A stretch of 64,000 bases of DNA from an uncultured cyanobacterium (GTDB lineage: Bacteria > Cyanobacteriota > Cyanobacteriia > CAKZMO01). Shown here one piece after another: positions 20,416 to 30,238 of this stretch (position 1 is its first letter; each line of letters begins with the position of its first letter). Location: assembly GCA_963719515.1 (NCBI GenBank), contig CAVRCJ010000003.1:224001-288000 (forward strand). Reading direction: 5' to 3'. The notes beneath the pieces are model-generated. The model searched no databases and was not told the origin of the DNA. It saw only the letters and a program-made list of their open reading frames with translations. The translations under genes and the position numbers were made by a program.

Positions 20416-20871
20416 TTAGGGTTTCGGCGCTTTAGACTTTGGGACTTCAGAGTTTGGCGATTGGGCTTTGATAGCCTGAGCGTCATACTTCTCTCCGGCC
20501 CCGTAGGAGTCAATATCCATAGCCTCTGAGCCTCCCATTACCAGCAGCTTGAACATCGAACCCAGCTGTAGCCAGATGAGCAGCGCTGTTGGCAGCGTCA
20601 CCACCAGAGCAAAAATGGTCGCCGTTACTGGCGAAAACCCAAACGTTCCTAGAGTTGCCCCAACTGACACCGTCACCAGTAAGCTGAGCACCCCATAGAC
20701 GAGGGAAATGCCGGGCTTTTCATACTCAACTGTAGGCTGGGTATCGCGGTTGGCATACCAGCGATTGACCTCGTACTCCAGCATGTCTTTGAAGATGATG
20801 CCCCAGAGAACTGCAAACACCGTCGAGGCGATAGCAGCGGCATAAACTGGGCTGAGCTGAGTGGTTTCCAT
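20416..20871 (-). CDS. Conserved hypothetical membrane protein
   Basis: Three TM helices; GIIFKDMLEY motif. ATG 20871 chosen as start. Confidence 0.65.
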   Translation of the reverse strand: METTQLSPVYAAAIASTVFAVLWGIIFKDMLEYEVNRWYANRDTQPTVEYEKPGISLVYGVLSLLVTVSVGATLGTFGFSPVTATIFALVVTLPTALLIWLQLGSMFKLLVMGGSEAMDIDSYGAGEKYDAQAIKAQSPNSEVPKSKAPKP

Positions 20872-21051
20872 GGATAACAAGCTTGGAAGGGGGTAGGAGT
20901 CGCCTAGGACACTGGCGCTAGCGGCGCTTGAGGGAGAGGCGCTCAATTAGTGGCACTTAATTGGTAGCGCTCAATCAACAGCGCTCAGCGCACTGACGTA
21001 GTATACAGCAGGCGGCTGCAGTCCAGAGGCCTGTAAATACTCCTCGACGCT

Positions 21052-21798
21052 TTACTCCGCAGAATCACCGGCAGGCACCTCAGATGCCGGCAGCACGACG
21101 CACTCCTGCGTCTGACACTGCTTGGCAAACAGCTCGTTCACGTAGGGCTTTTGCCAACTCACCGGAATCTCTAGCAGGTCGCGAGCGCCCGTAAAGCCCT
21201 GGCCGACAAACAGGAGGACTGCTATAGCGTTGAGCATGGCATGGGCCCGCCGCCACCGTTTTTGCTTGTCTTTGTAAATGTCGGGCACCACCGCCACCGA
21301 CAAAATCATCAAAAGAGCGGCAACGATACCGTAATAGTAGTGAGAGGTATACCACTCGAAACCGCGCCGAAATATCTCGGGTTGACAACCCAGGATAATC
21401 AGCCCCATACCGGTTAACGTCGCAAAGATGCCGCGCCACAGGGCAGGCTGGGCGCGGTAGAGCAGCACCGCAGAAGCAAGGGTAAGCGCAATCATGAGCC
21501 CAACGAAGGTGACGCGTCCAGGCTCTGTAGCGAAGGTATCGTTGATGATCATTTTGCTGGTAATAGGCTCACTAAGGCCCAAGATACCGACGCCAATGAC
21601 TCCCGCCGCTAGCCACCGTCCGATGGTCAGGTGCTCAGAACCCACAACGGGAGGAATTTTACTTTTCTCTTTATTTTCTACGGTCAGGCGACGCTGTCGA
21701 GTTTGCCAAGCTAAAGCTGTGGCAATGCCAACGAGGGGAAAAACGAATACGACGGCTAGCGTTGGATGTAGGAGCAGGGCAAAATCAGCGATACTCAC
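21052..21798 (-). CDS. DUF4079-like membrane protein
   Basis: LLHP, WQTRQRR, EH..GRWL, SHYYYG and TGARDLLEIP. Start inferred as GTG 21798. Confidence 0.75.
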   Translation of the reverse strand: MSIADFALLLHPTLAVVFVFPLVGIATALAWQTRQRRLTVENKEKSKIPPVVGSEHLTIGRWLAAGVIGVGILGLSEPITSKMIINDTFATEPGRVTFVGLMIALTLASAVLLYRAQPALWRGIFATLTGMGLIILGCQPEIFRRGFEWYTSHYYYGIVAALLMILSVAVVPDIYKDKQKRWRRAHAMLNAIAVLLFVGQGFTGARDLLEIPVSWQKPYVNELFAKQCQTQECVVLPASEVPAGDSAE

Positions 21799-22016
21799 GG
21801 CGGCTCTCTGAGTTTTGGTGGTTGACAGAAGTTGATTTGCTGAGATCATTTCACAGCACAGCCCTAAGGTACCGTGCTTTTCCATACCGGAAATGAATTC
21901 ACCGTGAGGACAGGCGGTAGGACTGCTGAAAGTATCCAGCAGCGATCGCCCCTGTGGTCACCTCAAGGGGCACAGCATTCTGAGCCTATACGAGAGCCTC
22001 GGCTTTGACGCCGCCG

Positions 22017-22907
22017 CTAAACGGCCCTAGCCAAGAGGGTATTTAAGAACGGCAGCAGCAGCGTAAAGAAGTAGTACACCAGGGGCCCCGTGAACACGTA
22101 GCTGTCGGTGCGGTCTAAAATGCCGCCGTGACCCGGAATCAGACTGCCCGAGTCTTTTACCCCCACGTCGCGCTTCATCATCGACTCCGTCAGATCTCCC
22201 AAAAGGCTAGCAATACCGATGATTAGCCCTAGCGCTAGCCCAGATAGCGGCCAGCCCACCCAGCCCAGATACCAGGTTCCCGTCATTGCCACCGTGGCGC
22301 AGGCCAGCACGCCGCACACAGCGCCTTCTACCGTTTTCTTGGGGCTGATTTCCGAAAGACGGGTGCGGCCAAACGTTTTGCCAAAGACGTACCCGCCGAT
22401 ATCGGCGGCCCAGATACAGCCAAAAGTAATTAGGGTAATCACGAGGCCAATCGGCAAAGCCATAGGGTCAGCCCAAACTGACCAGTCTGAGGGCCAGTAT
22501 CCAGCCAGAGAGAAGGGGTTTTCGATGCCTAGATTGCGGATTCTTACCAGGTAGCTCGGCAAGTATCCCCCGTAAAAAAGCCCCAGAATCGAGGCGGAGA
22601 TGTCGGCGATTGTAGCAAATTTGGGCTGAAACAAGAGGTAGAAGCAGATAAACGTGCCCGCAACGGGAAACACGGCATCGGCCAGGGTAGGAGAGATCAT
22701 CGAGACCACCAGCAGCACCTGGCTGACCACCAAGGTCGTTTTAGCGGCGGGGGCAATACCTTTTGCTTGGGCCAGCTGAAAGTACTCCGACTGACCTAAA
22801 TACACCAAGACGCCGATCAAAAAGGTGAAGTACCAGCCTCCTAAGAGAATCATGGTCCCGGCAATGATAATGGCGACTATGCCGCTGATGACGCGAGGAG
22901 TAGGCAT
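22017..22907 (-). CDS. cdsA: Phosphatidate cytidylyltransferase
   Basis: WAADIGGY, ISPKKTVEG, GDLTESMMKR and IPGHGGILDRTDS. Confidence 0.95.
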   Translation of the reverse strand: MPTPRVISGIVAIIIAGTMILLGGWYFTFLIGVLVYLGQSEYFQLAQAKGIAPAAKTTLVVSQVLLVVSMISPTLADAVFPVAGTFICFYLLFQPKFATIADISASILGLFYGGYLPSYLVRIRNLGIENPFSLAGYWPSDWSVWADPMALPIGLVITLITFGCIWAADIGGYVFGKTFGRTRLSEISPKKTVEGAVCGVLACATVAMTGTWYLGWVGWPLSGLALGLIIGIASLLGDLTESMMKRDVGVKDSGSLIPGHGGILDRTDSYVFTGPLVYYFFTLLLPFLNTLLARAV

Positions 22908-23275
22908 AAAGAGTAGGCTAGCGTGTGGATTTTTTGGAGGCGGAACTCTCGAAAGAGCGCGGCTGAACTCAGCAAAACTAGACGTGATCAACGGGCTACT
23001 GTGATGCCGATATTAAATCTAGTTTAAGACGATCTGGTCTCTCTCCGGGACAGAAGAGCGGTGAGTCCAGGTCATGCCATCAATGGGTCAAGGGAGTTGC
23101 GTCGAGTATTCGCGTTAATTCACGTTAGTTAGTATTATGACGAATTGCTTCGTAGGCTAGAAGCCCTCGCCATATGTCTTTCGACATAAACTAAAACCGG
23201 CGCTGCTGAACTGCGGGATGACTCCCGAACGGACGCGACGTGCCGCGCCTCTCCAGGCTGAAATCGGTCTATCAC

Positions 23276-23301
23276 AATTGTATTAAGAAATTGTATTAAG
23301 A
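23276..23301. repeat. Exact 13-bp tandem duplication AATTGTATTAAGA x2
   Basis: Read directly; on the minus strand each copy contains TACAAT, upstream of cdsA. Confidence 0.8.
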
Positions 23302-23302
23302 A

Positions 23303-25060
23303 TCATGAAATTTGGCGGTGGGCTGACTTGAGCGCTGCAGCCCGCCAGCCCCGCACCGAATTGACGACAAATAGGCGATCGCACTTCTCTAGCACCGCGC
23401 AGGAGATTACTTTTTCCTGCACGATCCCTTGGTCTAGCAGCTGCGCCCGCAATGTCCCGGGCAAAAGGCCGCAGCGAGTGGGGGGAGTGTACCGCTGCCC
23501 GCCAAGCTCAACCACCAGGTTGCCAGTGGTGGTCTCGGTGGCCTCATGACGCTCGTTCCAGAGAATGACGTCATCAACCGCGGCGGGAGCGCCCTGGCGG
23601 GCCTGGTGGTAGACCTCGCGGTGGGTCGTTTTGTGGTGCAAGAAGACGTCTGACGAGGCGATGGGCTGCTGGGCTAAACAGAGGGTGAGCGGGGTAGGCG
23701 GTGGTCCCGAGGGCGGTAGCGCTACCGCCTCGCCGCTGAGAGCGCCGTCGGCGGCCAGCATCAGCCGAACTTTACGAGGATCGTGGTATGGGGAAACAGC
23801 TGTCTCTAGCCATTGCAGCAGGGCTTTGCGGTCGTAGGAAAAGCCAAAATAGGCCGCCGACTGCCGCAGCCGCTCTAGATGGCGTTCCAGCAAAGTGTAG
23901 CCCCCCTCAGGAGTCCAGAGCAGGCTCTCTAGCAGGGAAAACGGGGGACGGTGGTGGTGCAGCACCTGGGCCTTGGTGCAGCACTCGGCGTATTCCTCGT
24001 CGGCCTGGGAGTCCCAAACGATGCCGCCCCCAACGCCGTATTCTGCCATTCGCCGTCGTCGGTCCATCAGCACCGTACGAATCGCCACGTTAAACTGCGA
24101 TCGCCCGTCGGGGCACATGAACCCAATCGTGCCGGTGTAGATGTGGCGGGAGCTGGATTCTAGCTGGGCAATCAGGGACATAGTCCGGGGCTTGGGGGCC
24201 CCCGTAATTGAGGCGGGCGGAAACAGGGCCTGAAAAAGTTCTGCTGTTGACGCGGTGGTGTGGCCCTGAACTGTCGAGGTCATCTGCCACACTGTAGGGT
24301 AGCGCTCTAGGTCGAAGAGGCGAGGAACCTCGACGCTGCCCACGGTAGCGACCCGACCGAGGTCATGGCGCACCATATCCACAATCATGGCGTTCTCTGC
24401 CTGGTTTTTTGCAGAGGCCCGCAGCCAAGCCGCCTGCCGGCTATCTTGCTCAAGATTTAGTCCACGGGGTACCGTGCCTTTCATCGGCTTGGAGATCACC
24501 CGACCGCCGCTGTGGGAAAAAAACAGTTCGGGAGACGCGCAGGCCATCACCCAGTCCCCAGCCTCCACAAAAGCGCCGTAGTCCGCCGATTGAGCCTGAG
24601 TCATCTGCAGGAACAATCCCCAAGGATCGGCGGGCATCTCGGCTCTGAGGCGAAAAGAAAAGTTGACCTGGTACGTGTTCCCGGCGGCAATCTGGGCCTT
24701 GATGGCGGCAATTTTTTGGCGATATTGGGATTGGGAAATGGAAGGCTGCCAGTCGATTGGGGCTGCTTTGGGAGCGGGGGGAAGCGCGATGTTAGTGGGG
24801 CGATCGCAAATTTCAAACCACAGCAGCGGCAGGCGGCCCTCCTCGGGGGCCGCCCGATTAGCGCAGGTCTCCAGCGCTGAGTCAAACCCCGACGCCGCCT
24901 CGTAGGCCACATACCCAGCGGCATACCTACCGCCGTCGACCTGGCGCTGCACGGCCTCCAGTGCCGGAATGACTTCACTAGGATAATGGGCAGCGATCAC
25001 CGCCGCAGGGCGATCGAAGCGAAGCCACTGCTGAGATGACGCATCATGGACGATTAGCAT
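23303..25060 (-). CDS. pabB: Aminodeoxychorismate synthase component I fused to an ADC lyase (class IV aminotransferase) domain
   Basis: YQVN, SPELFF, KPMKGT, ENAMIVDMVR, SITGAPK and GVGGGIVWDS, followed by HLERL, HKTTHR and GLLPGTLR. Confidence 0.9.
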   Translation of the reverse strand: MLIVHDASSQQWLRFDRPAAVIAAHYPSEVIPALEAVQRQVDGGRYAAGYVAYEAASGFDSALETCANRAAPEEGRLPLLWFEICDRPTNIALPPAPKAAPIDWQPSISQSQYRQKIAAIKAQIAAGNTYQVNFSFRLRAEMPADPWGLFLQMTQAQSADYGAFVEAGDWVMACASPELFFSHSGGRVISKPMKGTVPRGLNLEQDSRQAAWLRASAKNQAENAMIVDMVRHDLGRVATVGSVEVPRLFDLERYPTVWQMTSTVQGHTTASTAELFQALFPPASITGAPKPRTMSLIAQLESSSRHIYTGTIGFMCPDGRSQFNVAIRTVLMDRRRRMAEYGVGGGIVWDSQADEEYAECCTKAQVLHHHRPPFSLLESLLWTPEGGYTLLERHLERLRQSAAYFGFSYDRKALLQWLETAVSPYHDPRKVRLMLAADGALSGEAVALPPSGPPPTPLTLCLAQQPIASSDVFLHHKTTHREVYHQARQGAPAAVDDVILWNERHEATETTTGNLVVELGGQRYTPPTRCGLLPGTLRAQLLDQGIVQEKVISCAVLEKCDRLFVVNSVRGWRAAALKSAHRQIS

Positions 25061-25100
25061 AACTGCGGAAGATTAGGGTGGGTCAAGCGCTGTCTATGGT

Positions 25101-26933
25101 TTACCCTTTCATATTGATGAATACCCCGAGACGCTCGCCGCTGGCCCTTCCGGTAACGTCACCATTAGAGCCACTAGCTTCCCCATCGCCATAGCGGGTG
25201 AGGGTCGTAGACTCGACGATGCCGTCTAGGCCCTCAAATAAGTCAAAGCCTTTGGTAGGGCGAGAGGGCTGCGCCAGGGTGCGGACCGTAGACCAGTCGA
25301 GGTGGAGATAGCCGTTGGGCGATGGCCCTAAGGCGGCGATCGCCCGAGAGATGCCGTCGGTCTCGGTGGTTTGCAGCGCTCGGGCGATGGCCCCGACGGA
25401 GGTGGCGACGAGGACGGTATTGTCTACGACGGCGTGGGCTCCTTTGACTTCGGCTATCAGGCGAGGAATATCGCCGTCAGCTTCGTTGGGAGGAACGCCT
25501 ACCGATAGCTTCGTCCACACCGTGAGCGGATGTTGGCGGTAGGGAATGGTTCCTACCGTGAGCCCTTGGGCCTGGGCCTGGGCGTCTAGGTCGCGGAGGC
25601 CGTCTTCAGCCTTTGGTGAGGTGGGCGTGACAAACAGCCAGTCGCGCTTGGCGTCTGGCCTGGGCAGCTTGGCGATACCGTAGCTGTCCCTCACCCAGGG
25701 CACCACCCGGTCTCGGATGTCCTGAATGTCTAGGCCCAAAGCCTCTAGGTCAAGGGGGGCAATGGCCTCTAGGGCGGCTGCTGCGGCCGGAGAAGGATCG
25801 CCGGCAATCAGGTCAGACCACCGCACCGACAAATCTCGGTCGAGGATAGCGGCCGCGCTGCTGCTGGGCAGCCACGCAGCCAAAGCGCGGTCTACCGGGG
25901 CGGGCGGGGCTTCGTCTGGATCATTGCTTGGGGAACTCTCTGAAGTCGCGGGGGGCTGCGTACCGAGCGATCGCGCTTCCAGGGAGGTAAGCCAGAGCTG
26001 CAGCGCTAAGTCATTATCGGCCTGAGTCACAGCCGCCAACAGCGTATCGTGCCGCGCCCAGTCGCTATCGGTTATTCGTAGCCGAATCAGATCTGATAAG
26101 GCTGGGGACCACGAACGCAGCTGGGGCAGATCTGCCAGCACAAATCCGATACCCTCAGGAGGAAGCTGGGCGATCGCCGCGCTGTAGCGCTGCCGGGACT
26201 GAACTCTGAGAGAGGGGCTCTGAGCGCTGCTGATGGCGTCTTGTAAAACGCTCAGGTGACTGGCGATTAGCACCAGCTGACGGCCAATGTGAGCTGTTGC
26301 CAGCGCTGCTGGCGCAGGGTCAGCCTTCTCAGCGGTCCCGGCGTAGGTGATTTCAATTCCAGCTTGGCGGGTAGTCTGAGCGGTGCGGCCCCGCCACAGC
26401 CGCTGCAAAAATTCCCGAGAGGACTGGGGGTCGTCCGTGGCGATCGCGACTAGATATCCCGGCTGGCTGCCGTTCTCGGCGTTGCGATCTTCATCTAAGC
26501 TCACCAGCGCAGCAGTCACCTCTGAGCCAATCCACGGCCTAATGTCTTGGTTATAGCGAATGCCAAACCGGCGCAGCTGGCGCTTGAGACCGCCTAAACG
26601 CCGCCGCAGAGAGCGCTGTTGGGTGAAGGGAACGGCGGCAATCTGCGCCGCCTCCCAATCAGTCGCATCCACGAGCAAAGACCCGAGAGCCAAGGTGCGT
26701 CCGGGGATAAAGGCCATAGTTTTGGGCTGGTCTCTGGCGGGACGGCTCTCTCCAGCTGCATCAAAAGCTGTGCCGGTGGCGGAGCGAGGCCAGGGGCTAG
26801 ACGTCAGGCCACTGCTGTCTCCAGGCAGGGCTGCTGCCACCTGGGCTCGAAGCCAGGCAGCTCCGCCTAGCGACAGCAGTAGCAAGGATAGAGCCCCTAC
26901 CGTTAGCACCCGCAAGAAGGCTTGAAATTTCAT
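25101..26933 (-). CDS. DUF3352-like exported/membrane-anchored protein
   Basis: N-terminal TM helix; YNQDIRPWIGSEVT..D.D...NG.QPGYL motif. Confidence 0.7.
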   Translation of the reverse strand: MKFQAFLRVLTVGALSLLLLSLGGAAWLRAQVAAALPGDSSGLTSSPWPRSATGTAFDAAGESRPARDQPKTMAFIPGRTLALGSLLVDATDWEAAQIAAVPFTQQRSLRRRLGGLKRQLRRFGIRYNQDIRPWIGSEVTAALVSLDEDRNAENGSQPGYLVAIATDDPQSSREFLQRLWRGRTAQTTRQAGIEITYAGTAEKADPAPAALATAHIGRQLVLIASHLSVLQDAISSAQSPSLRVQSRQRYSAAIAQLPPEGIGFVLADLPQLRSWSPALSDLIRLRITDSDWARHDTLLAAVTQADNDLALQLWLTSLEARSLGTQPPATSESSPSNDPDEAPPAPVDRALAAWLPSSSAAAILDRDLSVRWSDLIAGDPSPAAAAALEAIAPLDLEALGLDIQDIRDRVVPWVRDSYGIAKLPRPDAKRDWLFVTPTSPKAEDGLRDLDAQAQAQGLTVGTIPYRQHPLTVWTKLSVGVPPNEADGDIPRLIAEVKGAHAVVDNTVLVATSVGAIARALQTTETDGISRAIAALGPSPNGYLHLDWSTVRTLAQPSRPTKGFDLFEGLDGIVESTTLTRYGDGEASGSNGDVTGRASGERLGVFINMKG

Positions 26934-27293
26934 AAAAATGGGGTTTTGCGATCTCACCTCTGGTTTACCATACGGTCGGACTGTTCCTGCCAGATCGACC
27001 CAGATCGACGACCATAGAGCCGAAGCGATGGCAACCCTAGAGAAGAGTGCCTTGCGTTCTCCGCGGCCTTACCTCGACAATAAAGACCTCCAGACTCACG
27101 TTTTACCTAAACCCTAGAGCCATAGTTTGAGGCCACAGTTTTCAGTATTCGCGCCAAACTGCCATCAGCTTCGTTAAATTAACGTTAGCTGATATGCAAT
27201 TTGTCGCAGGTCTCTCTAAAATTTGAACAGCCCTTCACCTGGACAGCCTTGCCATTTGAAGCGGACCAGCATGAACCACAAGCGGTTGATTGA

Positions 27294-28346
27294 ATGGACG
27301 ATCTTGAACGATGCTATCGAGTCTTAGAGGTAGAGCCCGGTGCGTCTATGGATGACGTCAACCAGGCCTACAAAGATCTCGTCTTTATCTGGCATCCCGA
27401 TCGCATTCCTAAAGACAACACTCGCCTGCAGCAAAAGGCCCAGGAGAAGCTCAAGCAGCTCAATCAAGCCCGCGATCGCCTCCGAGCCTTGCGGAGAGAC
27501 GACGCCAAGTCGCCCAGTTCTAATACCCAGACTAGTGGCACCCAGTCCGGCGCCCGCTCTAGATATACGACCGCCCGCGCTACCCAAGACACCGCCCGAG
27601 ACACAACCCGCAAAACCTCCTCACGGGCCACTGCAGCAGAACGAGCCGCCGCCCGGGCCAAGGCGGCAAGCGCCCGCAGCGCCCGCCAAACCGCTAGCCG
27701 TAGGGCTCACAGCGAATCTTCATCGGCGTCTCGTCCCCGCCCCCAGCCCTCGCGCCCCCCTCGGCCTGGATTTGGAGCCGATTGGCCCCGCGCTCAGCCC
27801 CAGGCAGCGGCCCCGAGTGACGCTGCGGCGCAGTCTGGTCAAGCTTCAACCTCTAGCCAGGTGCCAAGCACTCAGTCGTCCAGCGGCACCCGCCCCACGC
27901 CAGCAGCCTCAGTCTGGCCCAGAGAAGCTCAGATGTCACCGACACCCGCCCCCGCGCCCCACGTGGCGCATCGCTGGCCAGAACCTGACCTGAGCGACGT
28001 CGACTGGCACGACCGCAATCTCAGCGAAAAAGACTTTTCAGGGCGCAACCTCCGGAACGCTAACCTCAGCGGCGCAGATCTGAGCGATACATTCCTGCAT
28101 AAAGTCAACCTCAATCGAGCCAATCTCCACAAGGCCAACCTGTTTCGCGCCAATTTGCTGCAGGCCAATCTCAGCCACGCCAACCTAAGTCAGGCCAACC
28201 TAATTGGCGCAGACCTCAGCGGCGCAGACCTCAGCGGCGCAGACCTCAGCGGCGCCCGCGTTGGCGTACCGGGGCGCGTCATGGTGAAAATGACTGGGGC
28301 GCTGCTGAGGGGGGCAATCATGCCCGACGGCTCGATCCATGACTAG
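27294..28346 (+). CDS. DnaJ-domain + pentapeptide-repeat protein
   Basis: CYRVLE..WHPDR J-domain, low-complexity linker, A(D/N)LS repeats, terminal MPDG. Confidence 0.88.
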   Translation: MDDLERCYRVLEVEPGASMDDVNQAYKDLVFIWHPDRIPKDNTRLQQKAQEKLKQLNQARDRLRALRRDDAKSPSSNTQTSGTQSGARSRYTTARATQDTARDTTRKTSSRATAAERAAARAKAASARSARQTASRRAHSESSSASRPRPQPSRPPRPGFGADWPRAQPQAAAPSDAAAQSGQASTSSQVPSTQSSSGTRPTPAASVWPREAQMSPTPAPAPHVAHRWPEPDLSDVDWHDRNLSEKDFSGRNLRNANLSGADLSDTFLHKVNLNRANLHKANLFRANLLQANLSHANLSQANLIGADLSGADLSGADLSGARVGVPGRVMVKMTGALLRGAIMPDGSIHD

Positions 28347-28433
28347 CGGAGCAGCTGTTCTGTAGGCATACGCTCAGCCTCTTTAAGCTCTCCCAAGGTT
28401 TCGACACCACCTCCACTACCAGCGATCTAATCC

Positions 28434-28778
28434 ATGGCTAACTCCGTTCCCTCTATTACCGTGCAGGAGCTTGCGACTAGACGGCAGCAGGCCGACATCC
28501 CGCTGCAGCTAATTGATGTCCGTGAACCCGAAGAGTTGGCGATCGCCGCACTTACGCCCTGCCTGCACCTGCCGCTCAGTCAATTCGACAGCTGGGCTCC
28601 GACGCTGTCCCAAAGCCTCGATTCCACGGCGGAAACGATCGTATTTTGTCACCATGGGGTGAGGTCAGCGCAGATGTGCCACTGGCTCCTGGGGCAGGGC
28701 TTTGTTGATGTGAAAAACGTTGTGGGGGGAATTAATGCCTACTCACTGTACGTTGATGCGACCCTGCCTCGATACTGA
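28434..28778 (+). CDS. Rhodanese-like domain protein
   Basis: LIDVREPEE, CHHGVRS and GGINAY. Confidence 0.9.
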   Translation: MANSVPSITVQELATRRQQADIPLQLIDVREPEELAIAALTPCLHLPLSQFDSWAPTLSQSLDSTAETIVFCHHGVRSAQMCHWLLGQGFVDVKNVVGGINAYSLYVDATLPRY

Positions 28779-29085
28779 CGCGCCCTCGACGCCACGGTAG
28801 GGTCCCCGAGCGGAGGGCTAGGGGCGCGGCAAAATTTTATACCTCTAGGTGCCTCTAAGTGCCTCTAGATGGCCCTGCTGCCGTAACAGGTTTTAATAAT
28901 ACCTTAATAAAAAATTCGGTATTGTAAACTGTACCTATAGGGGGTGCTACGGTATCAGGATTAGACTGCCTAGCCCTCGAACAAAGACTTATTCCTGAAG
29001 ACTATAGAGCGCCTGGCAAAGTGCCCTATGCTCCTCAGCACACGACTCGTAGCTCATTACACTGGTAGCTCATTACATAAGTGCG

Positions 29086-30207
29086 ATGCAGATAAAGCTC
29101 AACAAGCGTCAGCGGCATGTCATGTGGGCTACCGTCCGTCGGTACGTTGCGACGGCAAAGCCAGTAGGCTCAGAAGCGCTGCTCGAGGAGTTTAATCTGA
29201 ACGTGAGTTCAGCGACGGTGCGCAACGCCATGGGCCGCCTGGAAAAAGTCGGGCTTTTGTATCAACCCCACACCTCAGCGGGCCGGGTCCCCTCCGATTT
29301 GGGCTACCGGACCTACGTCGACCATTTGCTTAAGCCTTCCGACATGGGGCGTCAGATTGAGCAAGGGCTCTCCCATCAGTTGGGTGACGGGCAGGGAGCG
29401 GCCATGAAGGGCCATCGCCGTAGCCTGGAGGCCCGGCTGCGAGGGGCCGCGCAGCTCTTGGCTCAGCTCAGCGGCTATGTCGCCCTGATTACCTTTCCCG
29501 AGCGCCAGAGCGCCACGCTACGCCACCTGCAGCTCGTTCCCATGGAGAGCAGCCGGGTGCTGCTGATTGTTGTCCTAGAGTCTTACGAATCAGAGTCTAC
29601 GGTCATTGAGCTGCCTTCCCCAGAGGAGATGTCGCCTAATGACATCGAGATTCTAGAGCAAGAGCTACAGATTCTCTCTAACTTTCTCAACCATCGCCTC
29701 AGGGGGCGATCGCTGGGTGAGATTAGCACCTTGGATTGGAGCGAGCTAGGGCGGGAGCTAGAGCGACATGCCAACGTACTGCAGGCGTCTTTTGCCGATA
29801 TTGAGCGGCGCGCCCAGCGAACCTCTGCCAACCATCTTTTGGTCAGTGGGCTAGCGGAGGTGCTGCGCCGTCAGCCTGAATTTTCCGAGCAGCAGCAGCT
29901 GCAGATGATTGTGCAGCTGCTAGAGGACGGGCCTGATCTGCTGCTGCCGATGATCTGCGACATCGTTGAGTCGCCCACTGCAGACGGAATAGGGTTGGGG
30001 CGCAGGGTGGCGGTACGGATTGGTTCAGAGAACCGGCTCCAGCCGGTTCAAGACTGCGCCCTGGTGTTCACCACCTACCAGTTTGGCGAGACGGCGGTGG
30101 GCAGCGTTGGGGTCTTGGGGCCGACGCGCATGATGTATGATGATGCGATCGCTGCCGTGGAGGCAACGGCCAACCATCTCTCTGACGCCACCTCCGACCA
30201 GCGCTGA
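29086..30207 (+). CDS. hrcA: Heat-inducible transcription repressor HrcA
   Basis: PVGS, SSATVRN, QPHTSAGRVPSDLGYR and GVLGPTRM. Confidence 0.95.
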   Translation: MQIKLNKRQRHVMWATVRRYVATAKPVGSEALLEEFNLNVSSATVRNAMGRLEKVGLLYQPHTSAGRVPSDLGYRTYVDHLLKPSDMGRQIEQGLSHQLGDGQGAAMKGHRRSLEARLRGAAQLLAQLSGYVALITFPERQSATLRHLQLVPMESSRVLLIVVLESYESESTVIELPSPEEMSPNDIEILEQELQILSNFLNHRLRGRSLGEISTLDWSELGRELERHANVLQASFADIERRAQRTSANHLLVSGLAEVLRRQPEFSEQQQLQMIVQLLEDGPDLLLPMICDIVESPTADGIGLGRRVAVRIGSENRLQPVQDCALVFTTYQFGETAVGSVGVLGPTRMMYDDAIAAVEATANHLSDATSDQR

Positions 30208-30238
30208 TCTGACATGCTGTTTTTTGTCTGGGTGCCCC

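Noticed and set aside
28206..28255. Exact 15-bp tandem repeat GGCGCAGACCTCAGC
   Set aside because: It simply encodes GADLS pentapeptide repeats.
29049..29077. GTA...TAC as NtcA sites
   Set aside because: The spacing is N6, not the required N8.
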